Under the pieces are notes generated by a model, which worked only from the letters and a program-made list of their open reading frames with translations, did not search any database and was not told the origin of the DNA. Made by a program: the position numbers and the translations under genes. This document shows positions 11,928 through 23,662 of a stretch of DNA of 49,662 nt, in pieces; the first letter of the stretch is position 1; the number at the start of each line of letters is the position of its first letter. The stretch is from Girardia tigrina (Eukaryota): assembly GCA_001938485.1 (NCBI GenBank), contig MQRK01250363.1, positions 1 to 49,662 of the forward strand, given 5' to 3'.

Positions 11928-13400
11928 GTCTACCACAATCGGTTCGATTAGCACATTACATAATACTTATATTCACATATTTTGATTATTTTGAATTATT
12001 TTAAATAAAAATTTGTATAAAAAAACTAAAATATCTAATATTTCGAAAACATACTTCAGTTAAAAATTACTTTTTAAATCACGGATTGTCTTGTTACCAT
12101 AAAAACACAAATTTAAAACAAAACTAAAATAAATGAATTTGTATTTGAAAAAAATTATTTTTCTTTTTATCTCAAAATTGTTTTAAATTTTTAATTGGAA
12201 TATATGTTACAAGAATTTTTTTTGTAATATTAATAAAATTAATAAATTTATATTTTTCAAAACACAAATAAACACATAAAAGTGTAACTAAATTTGAAAA
12301 GATTACCAATTCAATAAAAGTAAAATTAGTAAAGTCAATTGAAATTCATATTTATTCCCTTTTTCTTGTATTATTATATAATGTACCAAAACATTGAATA
12401 TATAGAGAAGGGGTGGACACTCTTAAACGTTGTAGGATTGACTAAAATTTTTATTACTTAACTGCGATCGACTCATTCAGAAATAAGAAAGCACAACACG
12501 GAGTTTTACGATAAATTTTAAAATTTGTTTCCCCTGAAAATGTTGCTGTGAGTCACGAGATAATCAAATAAATGATACCTTTAATCGATCTGCATTAATT
12601 TGAAAAAATGCCTTTTCCATGGATTGGCTTTGAGACAAAGTCGGATAACGAGTGTTCGCCTTTCTTTGGATTTATTATTCATCTTCAGGGAAATGGGTTC
12701 CCTATTATCTCCTTTCACACACGAACAACAATCACTTCGCAAATCTGATATTTTTGGTGTTGATTAATAAATTCCATTAGACAGAGAAAAGATATTTTTC
12801 AAAAAAATTGATTTCAAGGAATAAAAAATAATACCAATAAATGCGTCAAAGAATTATCAATAAAAGCAAGCAAATTGTTTTTTTACACAAAAATCCTGAC
12901 AATTTTTTTATGTTTATAATTTCGAATAATTTTCATAATTATCTTTAATCAAACAATCTCACTATTTATTTTACTGGACTCATTTTATGTAAATTCAAAT
13001 GACAAATATAAATAACTAGCGCGCTCGGCCCGCTTCGCGGCCCTCTCTTGCCGGGAGTTCAATTTTTTTATATTATAAAAGCCCAAGTAACTCACTGCCT
13101 GCCTCACTGCCTCACTAACGCTGTAAGGTAAATTTTTGAAATGATTTTATAATCAATAAAGAAATGATTGTATATTAATATATTTATTTATGTTATTTGT
13201 GTAAATCATGAATTCGAGTTATTAGGTTGGCCAAAAAGTCATTGCGTTTTTGAGTACGTCCTAAGGATAGCTTGAAAATATAAAACGATGTGATAAAATG
13301 TAAATTCAATTATATATTCTGAAACCTTAATTTTCAGACTATGTTTATACAAAATATTAATTGATTTTGTTTTAATTTATTACTTTACCGTCAATTCGAA

Positions 13401-14557
13401 ATAGAAAATCAAAATGAGCATATTCGTCATGTTTTGTTGCATTATTTTCGCGAAGGGAAAACCGCTGTGCAAGCTCATAAGAAGATATGTTTTTTATATG
13501 GTAGTGACTCCTTAAAACTTCGACAGTGTCAATATTGGTTTTCTAAATTTCGTTCTGAAAAATTTCCCCTGAAAGATGCACCATTCTCCGGTCGACCAGT
13601 TGAAGTTGATGGCGACAAAATAACAGCACTGATCAAATATAATCCACATATGACGACAAGAGAAGTTGCAGAAACTCTGGAAATATCAAAATCAAGTATT
13701 GGATGTCATTTAAAGAAACTTGGATTCGTCAGTAAACTCGATATGTGGTTACCACATAAACTGAAAGAAATTCATTTGGTGAAACGTATAGACATTTGCG
13801 ATTCCCTTTTGAAGCGAGAACAAAGTGATACATTTTTGAAGTGCTTGATTACGGGTGACGAAAAATGGATTGTTTACAACAATGTGGAACGCCGACAATG
13901 ATGGACAAAACGTGGTGAGCCTGCCAAAACGATCCCAAAAGCAGAAATTCACCAAAAGAAGGTTATGCTTTCCGTCTGGTGGGATTTTAAAGGAATTGTG
14001 TTTTTTGGTTTTCCGAGGAATGAAACCATCAATTCAGACAGATATTGTGGTCAGCTGGAGAAATTGGCTCATTCAATTAAACAGGAACGTCCTGAATTGG
14101 CAAATCGAAAAGGAGTTGTAATTCAGCATNNNNNNNNNNNNNNNNNNNNNNNNNNNNNNNNNNNNNNNNNNNNNNNNNNTGTGGTCAGCTGGAGAAATTG
14201 GCTCATTCAATTAAACAGGAACGTCCTGAATTGGCAAATCGAAAAGGAGTTGTAATTCAGCATGATAACGCAAGACCGCATACAAGTTTGACCACTCGAC
14301 AGAAACTCTTATCCCTGGGTTAGGAGGTTTTACCGCGCCCACCGTATTCTCCAGACTTGGCCCCATCGGATTTTCACTTATTTAGATCACTGTACAATTC
14401 CTTAAACAAAAAAACATACGCCAGTGATGATGATATCAAATCGTTCCTAGACGGCTTTTTTGCTGACAAAGGCAAAGGTTTTTATGAATCAGGAATAATG
14501 AAGCTACCGGAAAGGTGGAAGAAAGTGATTGAAAATAATGGACAGTATATCATGTAA
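13401..14557 (+). pseudogene. Mariner D,D34D transposase, inactivated (ATG>ATA, stops, frameshift)
   Basis: (M)ENQNEHIRHVLLHYFREGK, WLPHKL, LITGDEKWI, QHDNARPH, YSPDLAPSDFHLF, LPERWKKVIENNGQY. Confidence 0.95.
14046..14263. other. Assembly gap (N 14130-14179) with duplicated flanks
   Basis: 14046-14129 is repeated identically at 14180-14263 across the N run, consistent with unmerged overlapping contig ends. Confidence 0.85.
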
Positions 14558-14636
14558 AAATATTTGTGCATCCATGTCATTTTTTGATAATAAATATTTT
14601 AGTAAAAAACGCAATGATGTTTTGGTCAACCCAATA

Positions 14637-16661
14637 TGTTAACGTGTCCGAGACGGCATTTTTCATCCAGAGCAGCCGCTCTCAAGGAGTGGTTCAGTTG
14701 TTTCATGACAGAGACAGCAGACCGATCATATACACAGTTAAATATAAGCGTGCGATTGATTTCTTTTTGATTCCGTTACGGTTTTAAGATGCTACCATCG
14801 CTCATCCAGTCTATTTTGTTGGAGAATTCAAACAGATTTTGAGCATGCAATATATATTGTGTTGCAATCCGACTTTTGAGTATTGTGAAGGAGAATAGTC
14901 TAACTCGACTATTCCCCAGTAAGTTTAAATAGGCCCCATCTAACACAATTAACCCCACGAACCATAAAGGCTCAGAGGCATCGCGTCAGATGGAGCCGAC
15001 GACTCGAATCATTACCAGTCTTTTCCTTGCGAACCTCAAAGATCGCCGGAGCCCCTGAGAGAACCTTTAGAACCTTGTAATGCAAAAGAGGTGTTTAAAA
15101 TACCCCAAGTTAATTAATAAAACTAATTACTTTAAAGTCCAAGTAGAAGTCACTCTGAAACGAAACTAGATAAATCAGAGAAAAACAAAACCCCTACAAC
15201 GATACCTGTATAAACAGACAGGAACAGACGGCAGATGACATAAATAAACACAAGTAGCTTCGGTAAGCGACTGGCGGCGATGTAATTGCAGAATACCTAC
15301 GATGATTACAATCACGCAATGCATCATTTCGTGACATCCGAGCGACATGCGCGGGTCCATGTACACGTCGCAAATCTAGAAACGAGATACAAATAAAATA
15401 AACAGACAATCCAGCGTAGTTACCTGCAGAGACAATAATCATGGAGGCGAGCAATAATCATCTGTTCGCGTACACATCCTGCATCTGTGAACCAGACAGC
15501 GAATATTTGTAACTGACAAATATAGTTAACCTTCACTCTGTGCATTGAAAATTTTCCGGCGTCTGTGCATAGGGGTCAATCGTACCCCATATACATTTTG
15601 ATATATTTTGTAAGGAAAACTAACAAAATTTTAGTTTTTATTTAAATTTTTATTAATTATAATAACTTATTAATAACAAAAGATTATAGTCTAAAAGATA
15701 TTAGTTGAGGCAATCCGAGTTGGCAGTTTAATTTACTTGGCTCAATTTTTTTTAAATCGCTTTTTAAATAGACTGGGGTCCATTTGACCCCAATGCACAG
15801 AGTGAAGGTTAAAATGAAATGGGTGATGTGCGACATTTAATCGAAAGGTTAATAAACAAGATTTACGAACGCAACATCCATTACACGAACGTGTAGGTGT
15901 GTAAGAAGTTTCGAGAACCTCGGATTTTGCACACCCGTTCGCGGTATAAATAGCGAATTCATTTCGCTTAAAAACGCACTCAAAAAACGAACCAAAATTA
16001 TACACCTAATTACGCACCAAATTGTTGCACAAATTTCCTTTGACATATTTTCGAAGCATTATTAGAAGATTCACGAAAGTTTTGTATTTTATTGTACGGA
16101 ACAGCATCATCGATTAATTATTTAGTTAGTTTTATTATTTTACTATTTATTATTTAGATTTTATTCATTATTAGTTTTATTTTGTTTAGTTTAAATTATG
16201 TTTCATATTAATAATTTGAGTTTATTGGAATCAGGTTCTGTCGTTAATCCTGAATCATCACATTGAATTATGTTTTATTACTATTTATTGTTACACTTTT
16301 GTAAATATTTAAATTGATTTCAATATATTCTTTGGAATTATTCGCCTTGTCTTGTTTCTCTTTGGCCTAATTTTGTCTATAACTGCCAGATCCTTTATAA
16401 TAATCCTGATCCTATTGTTTTGCGGAGGAATGCTAAGAGAGAGCCTCTTGACGACTGAAGGATTGAGTGTGAGTATTGAATATATCGAAGTTGCGATGTA
16501 ACGAGACGGGTCAGAGGCAGACAGGGGTGGAATGAGGACCCCGAGAAAAGTCGCGGTGTGAGAGATAGGGCATTGTTTTTACATATTGTGTATAGAGAGT
16601 CAGAGTTATTTAAAGATAATAAACAATGTTAATAAATGTAATACTGTGAATGTAATGTAAC
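14637..16661 (+). mobile_element. Large LTR-like unit A (3'-truncated by a gypsy LTR)
   Basis: Starts tgttaacg. Shares the hairpin at 14890-14917 with units C/E/G and the tatatcgaagttgc motif with C. TATAAATA at 15945; three antisense ~50-nt introns; AATAAA signals near 16620-16635. Confidence 0.6.
15530..15808. mobile_element. piggyBac-type MITE inserted in LTR unit A
   Basis: Perfect 18-bp TIRs ccttcactctgtgcattg / caatgcacagagtgaagg with TTAA TSD; subterminal ggggtc...acccc hairpins. Confidence 0.9.
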
Positions 16662-17057
16662 TGTAGTGGGCTAGATCACGTTTTCGTGATCAGGAAACCA
16701 AAAAGGAGAACAAACCGACTACAAAATTTATTAACATAAAAATATTCCTTTACAATTGAAATCCCTTATTGATCTTTAGTTTTTGCATTCGACATTTTTC
16801 GTAATTCTGAATATTAAAACAAAAAAACGTTTTCGTTTTTTTAATTAAATGTTGATTTAATTTTTCTGAAAGAATTTTTTTGTCCAACTAATTTAGGCAT
16901 TTCTGCTTGTTTTTTTTATTGGAAAATGTGTTTCGAATAAATTAGTTGATTAATGATTTTTTAGTATAATAGTAAAAAAAATTGAATGTCATTTACATTA
17001 GTGAAATTTGTAAAAATTTTAATGATTTGGTTATTCAAGGAAAATCAAAGCACCACA
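16662..17057 (-). repeat. 3' LTR (~396 bp) of the CsRn1-like element
   Basis: Minus-strand termini TGTGGTG...CACTACA (inverted), starting just after the PPT. Confidence 0.8.
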
Positions 17058-17329
17058 AAGCCCCCCCCCCTGAAGAAGTCGGAGACGGTGAGATGATTGT
17101 TATGGTTTTGTTGGATTGAGGCGGGTGGTATTGGATGATTGTACCCATGGAGAGAACCGAATTGTTTTGTGTTTTTGGGTAAGAACGTGGGCTGTGTGTG
17201 TCTCGACTGGGTCGTCCTCTATGTGAATGCATGACTTCAGTTTGCATATATTAACTACGTGGTGTGTGCCGTTGTAGTTTATGGCTGCGGTGTTGTTCTG
17301 CACGTACAGGTGAAGCATGCGGTAGGGAC

Positions 17330-19830
17330 CGGTGTATCTGGTTTACAGTGAGCTGGGGTGTTCTCGAATTAGCCAGACGAATTTCGCGTTAATCAGGTCC
17401 TTGGGAACGTAAACCTTGTAGGTGTCTTGCGATGATGAGGAAGTATCTAAATTTTTGAAATAACTTCGTGCCTGGTCCAGGTGTTCATCGTTACTGGGGC
17501 TGTCACTGACGAATAATTCGTTCACAAGTGAAGTGTTTTAACCGAACAGCATTTGAGCCGGCGAGGAGCCATGGCGGCTGCTGGGAATGTTCCTCCACCC
17601 GAGTAGAATGAGAGGAAGTTGTTTGATTCAGTCCTTAGTGGCGGCCAAAGTCTTTAAGGAATCTTTGAGTGTGCGATGAAACCTTTCAACGATGCCATTA
17701 GACTACGGATGGAACGCTGTTGTTTTTATTTGATGTGTACCTAGTCTATTGAGGAGGTCGTTGAATATTTTGGATTTGAATTGACGTCCCTGGTCGGTTA
17801 TGAGTCGTTTGGGAACGCCAAATCGTGCTATCCAGTTGTTAACGAAAATGTTGACGACTAACTCCGTGGTGATAGTTCGCATCGGAAACGCTTCTGGCCA
17901 GCGTGTGTTCCTGTCAATGATAGTGAGAAGGTACGAGTATTCGTTGCACGTTGGTAAGGGACCGACAATGTCCATGTGTATGATGTCAAAACGACTGCCG
18001 GTTGGGAAGTTGAGTATTGGCGGTTTGGTGTGTCTGTCCGTCTTGTTGGCTTGTCATTGTAGGTAGCTTTTGCACCATAACTTGACATCTCAAGCATGTA
18101 TGGCAAGATGACCTTAGTGCGCAAGAGTTTGAAGGTCGCCTTGGAACCCGGGTGTACTATGTTGTGAACTACTTTGAATGCAACAGAGCGGAGGGCGGGG
18201 CCCAAAACGGCACGTATACATCCTGGAATGGAAGTGTCGAAGTAGATGCGATCACGTACATTTGGTCGTTCCCTTAAGATGGCCAGGTCCTTGTCCTAAG
18301 GGTGATTCTGTTCTAGTATCTCTTGTGTGAATAGGCGTTCAAAATCCAACGACGCAAGTTCTATTCTCGAGAAACAATCGGCCACAATATTGTCTGAGCC
18401 GGCGATAAATTTGATGTCAGTGTCGAATTGCGAGAGGTAACTAATCTGCCGCTGTTGACATGGTGAAAGGTTCTTCATCTGGAAGATCTGTAGAAGCGGT
18501 TTTTGGTCGGTGAGTATTGTCGAAGATCTGCCGATGAGGAGATGTTCGAAGTGTTTCACCGACAGAAATAGTCGCAAGAGCTCTCTATCGAAGGTTGAAT
18601 ATCTGGTCTGGGCTGGTGACAGCTTCTGGGAGTAGCATTCCAGTGGCTCTGGTGTGTTTCCGCGTATTTGTGTCAAGACCTCTCTAATCGCGATGTTCGA
18701 TGCATCAGTCTTCAAGGTTATTGGCAGTGCTCCGTCCTGATATCTGAGTGTCGTGGAGTGTGCGATATCGCATTTAATCTGTTGAAATGCTTTGATGGCC
18801 TCATCAGACCAGGAAAGAGATGGTTTCTTTGGTCCAGAGGACATGTTTGTGAGTGGAGCAAGTGTTGCGGATATATGTGGGATGAATCTGCAACAATAAT
18901 TGACCAGGTCAAGAAAACTGCGCATGGATGTGACTGTTTTCGGTTGGGGAAACTCGGCTTTGGCTTTGTTTCGATCCGGTAAAGGACGGATGCCGTCGGT
19001 TGACAAAATGTGTCCTAGAATGTGACCTGTGTCTGGAGGAATTTGCATTTCTGAAATTTTAGTTTGAGCAGGTGCTCATGTTTCAGACAGGTGCTGCTGG
19101 TGTATGTCTTCGTCGAGTGAAGCTACGACGATGTCGTAGATGTATGCTACTGTGTGGGACAGACCATGGAGCACGCTGTCGATGTGGCACTGGAACGTCT
19201 GCAAGGCGTTGCGCAGGTCAAATGGCATTCTGAGATATTCGAAAAGGCCAAATGGTGTGACAACGGCTGTTTTTGGAATTGATGCTTCGTCGACTGGTAT
19301 TTGATGATAAGCCTTCGTCAAATCGAGGACGAGAAGATTTTTCACCCCACAAAATGTTGCAAAATGTCGGTAATTAACGCATCTGGTATGAATCAGGCGT
19401 TGTAACCTGGTTCAATCCTCTGTAGTCCCCGCATATTCGGATGGAACCATCCTTCTTGAGCACGATCTGGAGCGGTGCTGTCCAGGGTAAACTGGAGAGT
19501 CGTACAATGCCCGAAGTTTCGAGTTCAGAGAATTCTTTCTCGTCAAGAATTCGCCATTCTTAAGAAAGTTCCCGGTGGCGTTGATGTATGGGTGCGCATG
19601 GCCTGGTGATGATCACGTGGTTTGATATGCAACTACCCGAGAATGAGCTCACGGTGGGGTTACCAACGATGTTGGGAAAGTTTAGTTCAATGAATTGATT
19701 GGGGTTAGACAACAATGTACACACTGGAGTGTTGGATGGTGTGTGACGCGCCGTTGTTGATTGTGGAAGTAGAAGTCTCCACAGCATATGTCATCGTCTT
19801 CTGTGTCGGCTGCGAAGATCGAAGACAAAC
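17330..19830 (-). pseudogene. pol remnant (RT, RNase H, integrase) of the CsRn1-like element
   Basis: LDLTKAYHQIPV...KTAVVTPFGLFEYLRMPF, AYIYDI (degenerate YIDD), TDASNIA...RYSTFDRELL...TDQKPL...NIVADCFSR, HMDIVGPLP...TIIDRNTRWPEA...ITDQGRQF...TTAFHP; many frameshifts. Confidence 0.93.
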
Positions 19831-20650
19831 CTAGTTTTTTGACGCTTATAAGTACAGCCAGGCGCGCATCGTTTCGCCTGATCCCCTAGGCGGGAGTAAT
19901 AAACACAGACTGTGTCTATTTCCAATTCGTTTGTTTGGTCCTTCCAGGTGCATCCTGGCAAGCATCTCCTTGCCTCTCGACTGAACTTCGAATGATACCA
20001 ACAGATATTTGCTCTGGATGATCGATTTTGGCTTGTTGCTGAACGTCTCTGATGGGATTCTCGTGACCTCATGGTACTGAGTGCCGTTATTTGTGTTGTG
20101 ATTGTTTGCATTTGTGTCTGTAATGCCTCAATTTGTGTAGATAATGTATCTGGTGCTGTGGTTGAGGTTGATTGTGTCTGTTGTGTGTTCACAGTTGATT
20201 CGGTTGGTTGTGTGGCCATGATGTTGTCTGCAATTTTGGCAAGTTCAGTAAGATCGGTGACATTAGTGCCAGCAAGAACGACTTGAGTTAGTGGTGTAAG
20301 TGACCGCAGAAAAAAACGCTTAAGTAGATCGGAATGAGATCCATTAGTGATTCCTGCGTGTATAGTTTCTAAGTCTGACACGATCTTGTTTAAAAAAGGA
20401 AGATGGTTTCTGATGACCAATGCGTTTTGATTTGAAGTATGTGGCGAAAATGTCGTCGATTGAAGGTTGAAAACATCGGAGAATGTATTTTTTTAATTCT
20501 TCAAAAGGTTTCTTGTGTGTGCCGATCGTCGTAATGTGTGGTGAAACAGATTGTAGAAGTTCGGGTGGAATAACACATAATGAATGGGGGAACATGGCAA
20601 CTTGGCTCGTGATTCGCTGAATGTGGAACCTCTTTTCCAGAAATCTTAAC
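19791..20650 (-). pseudogene. gag remnant of the CsRn1-like element
   Basis: FEELKKYIL, LLKRFFLRSL...LAKIADNIM, CWYHSKFSREARRCLPGC (CHCC knuckle typical of the CsRn1 clade). Confidence 0.85.
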
Positions 20651-20678
20651 CAACCACTACAAAATTAATTAACATAAA

Positions 20679-22230
20679 TGTTGCGGTCCGGAATGCATTA
20701 ACCCCTTACACAAAAACAGTGAATAAGAAAAAATAAAAATAAATCAAACGAAAGAAAGACAACGACAGATAAAAATTTTTATTTACTGAGCTGAAAAAAA
20801 CTCACAATTTTCTTAACAGGATTGCCTGTACTCCGTTGTGTACTGCCGAACGTGGGGCGATGGGTTCCGCTTGGAACGGTAAGTAATCTTTGTTTATTTT
20901 GAACAAATAAAGCCATAAGAAAAACAATTAAATTGGATCAAAAGATTTATTCATTATCAAAAATTTTTACATTCAGAAATATTACACATTATATTGTTTA
21001 TTTAAACGAATTTTAATTAATTTTCAGTTTTAATTTTTTTTGCAAATTGATTGATTAACCAGAGCACCTCACCGGCATTCATAAGGAACTTTAGACTGTA
21101 TGCAATAAGATTAATGGGCTTTAAGATGTGAATAATACAAACAAGACGACCATGAAGGACGTACATAAGGTAAATAATAATATGTGGTTATTATAAAATA
21201 ATAACGACTGAAATGAGTAGTACTATTTATAATGACAGTAAATTATAGAAATCGTGTATAAAGGGTAAACAACCTAAGTCAATCTTTGTCCAATAAATTT
21301 GGCCTTATGGAAATTGTGATGATACATTTTGGCAAAACGGAAAAATAAAAACAATAATAGATAATAATAAAACGATTAAGGAATTCTATATTCATAGAAA
21401 AGCTGAATCAAATAATAGTTAGGTAATGGGTTCAAAGAAGAAATAACGATAGACGAGCTAAGAACAATTACAGAGCTATATAGCTAATAGTGATATGTTT
21501 TATATAATAATTTAACTGCAATGTGAACTTGTGTAAAGCGATAATATAAATGATGTAGAATAAAAACGGCGAAAGAAGTTCGAATATTACTACTTTTAAA
21601 TTATGAAATGAAGTCACAGGTCCGTATGAGAATGGTGCGTGTCATGTCGTCGAGCCGTGACTCCGCGTGATCTTCATTTATCCCCACGCGCAAGTTCTCG
21701 AATTATGGCCATCGTAGCCTAATAATCTTAACTAGTTTTAGAGTATAATATTTGTAACTGTATCAAAATTTAAATAATCAATTAAATCAATTATGGAGTG
21801 CACCTCAAGGGCAATGCTCGACGTACCGTTGTAGCGGCAGCTCCGCATGAAAATCATTTGCCTTGAGATTGAAATATGCATTCGAGTTCTCCCGTGTAAA
21901 TATTGTGAGTCAAAGATACATACCCCTCTGGTCACTGTAGTTACTCACCGGTTAATCCCTTTGTGAGTTTTGAACCCGAAGGTGATTTGAGGTCCTTCTC
22001 TATTTAGAGAGGACCAAGAGAGTCACATCTCTTACAAAGATCCAAAGTCGGTGAGACTGTTGAGGACAAACGCGGAGTCAGTAAATCACAATTGAGATGT
22101 GTACATAGAAAAGGTGATAACCTATAACATTGGGACTAAGAATGCAAAAACCGTAACTTTGGGGACTTTGATTCCACAACTCGCCAAGCTGACCTAAACA
22201 CAAAGAAATGACTAAAAATTTCGAAATATC
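20679..22230 (+). mobile_element. Large LTR-like unit B (internally deleted or truncated)
   Basis: First ~90 bp (tgttgcggtccggaatgcattaacccctta...) nearly identical to the start of unit D at 30606. 3'-type motif ttggggactttgattccac near 22160. Right end and TSD not recovered. Confidence 0.65.
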
Positions 22231-23460
22231 TCTAGCCGCGCGATGGATTTTTTCCAGGTTGGGCAAAATAAAAGTGTTTCATAGGTAGAATTTTTCAAGG
22301 GGGCAAATTTTAAAACTTCTACTAGGTAGAATTTTTAAAAATAGCAATTTATTTATTTATTTGCCTTCTCATCAATTTCAAAATTATAAAAACATAAATC
22401 AAATTAATAAACCCCAGCCTATAAAATAGCATCATTAAAAAGAAAAATATTTAAATTGATTTTTATTAAAACAAGTTTTTTTTTCAAAAGTGTTTCATTT
22501 ACAATCAAAAATTAATTTGTGAAAAGAAATTGCAACCTTCTCTTTTCTAACACAAACAAATTAAGAACATTTAGAAAATATTGTTCTTGCATTTCGTCTA
22601 TTATATGACGATGAACACTCATCCTGCAAAGTTCATCCAATCTATTCTCTGCCATAGTTGATGGCAACCAGGTTTTAACCCTGTGTAGAGTACTAAATGA
22701 CATCTCTACTGTACAAGTAGTAGCTAGAAGTGTCAATGTCAAAGTAAGGAACAAAGAAACAGAAGGATAAAATACTGATGAATGCTGTATTAAATCTGAG
22801 AAACTCAGATTTTGAATCTCATTTATTGGTTTATCGTTTTAATATGCAGACAAAATTGTAGCATCTGCTGTGAAATTTTCCAAAACACAGCCATACTTAT
22901 TCAGAATATTTTTTATTGTGTCTTCATATCTCACCTTTGTTAATTGATGTATATTATTGTGATGTAGCTGAAAAAGTGAATACCTCGACTTATTTTCTTC
23001 AGAAAATCTTTCATTTAAAGACCTTATTATATAATCCAGGTACGGAATGAAAACTTATTTCCTATAATACGATTCAGGTAGATCACACGGTATATTTGAC
23101 CGATATTTTTGAATATTTGCTAAACGAGGTTTTAATATTTATTTATTTTAATATTTATTTTTTGAACATTTTTCTCAACAACTTGCATGATGCAATGAAA
23201 ATTTTCTTCGGCATTATCTTGGTAACCCTGAAAAAATGTCTTCATATTGTTAATTTCCTTTTTAACAGAGATAAGATTTTGCTCAGTTCCTTGCAAACCA
23301 TAATAATGAATTAAAAATACCAATCAGCCATCTGGGTAGGAGAGACACAATACCAAAACAAGACACAACATTCAAAACACAAAACATCAAAGGTACTGGT
23401 TTAATTTTTAATTCCAGGGGAGTAGTTGTACCCCTTGTCCTCCCCTTGTGGGCACCTATG
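22231..23460 (-). mobile_element. hAT DNA transposon remnant (ZMYM1-like transposase, dimerisation domain)
   Basis: ATTCTVEMSFSTLHRVKTWLPSTMAENRLDELCRMSVH (22512-22754) and FIPYLDYII..LNERFS upstream. GC-rich ends ggattttttccagg and ccccttg...gggcacctatg. Confidence 0.8.
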
Positions 23461-23489
23461 GGTTAGCTTAGCTAACCCAAATTCTTATG

Positions 23490-23662
23490 CGAGATGCTTA
23501 ATTCTCTCAGCAAGAAATGTCGGCTGAGCTTCAAGCAGTTGGAATTATAAAAGGACAAAGCGGTATCCGTTGATTGCTGAAAACCACGGCTACACTGAAA
23601 AGGCTGGTTCGTATCCCTACAGAACGGAACATCGCCAGACCAATTGACATGCATCTTATGTA
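23490..23662 (+). pseudogene. Short IS630/Tc1-like transposase fragment (HTH-linker)
   Basis: EMSAELQAVGIIKGQSGIR*LL..TATLKRLVRIPTERN resembles the TLKR...P..RN linker of IS630-like transposases. Confidence 0.4.

Larger units (their letters stand above)
13222..14634 (+). mobile_element. Mariner transposon (mellifera-subfamily-like), full length, TA TSD
   Basis: TIRs ttaggttggccaaaaagtcattgcgttttt / aaaaacgcaatgatgttttggtcaacccaa flanked by TA. Confidence 0.95.
16662..20678 (-). mobile_element. Ty3/gypsy retrotransposon, CsRn1-like clade, decayed
   Basis: Order gag-(PR)-RT-RNaseH-INT, then polypurine tract (poly-C 17061-17070 on +) and 3' LTR. A 28-bp remnant of the 5' LTR at 20651-20678 matches ~16712-16740. 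Confidence 0.93.

Noticed and set aside
13015-13120. actagc...ggcccgcttcgcggcc hairpin with ctcactgc repeats, Helentron-like start
   Set aside because: Too short and no matching 3' end was identified, so it is not called as a feature.
14046-14263. Apparent internal tandem duplication in the mariner
   Set aside because: Identical copies flank an N gap, so this is an assembly artefact.
17800-20286. Plus-strand ORFs at 17800, 18668 and 20071
   Set aside because: Antisense shadows of the gypsy gag/pol remnant.
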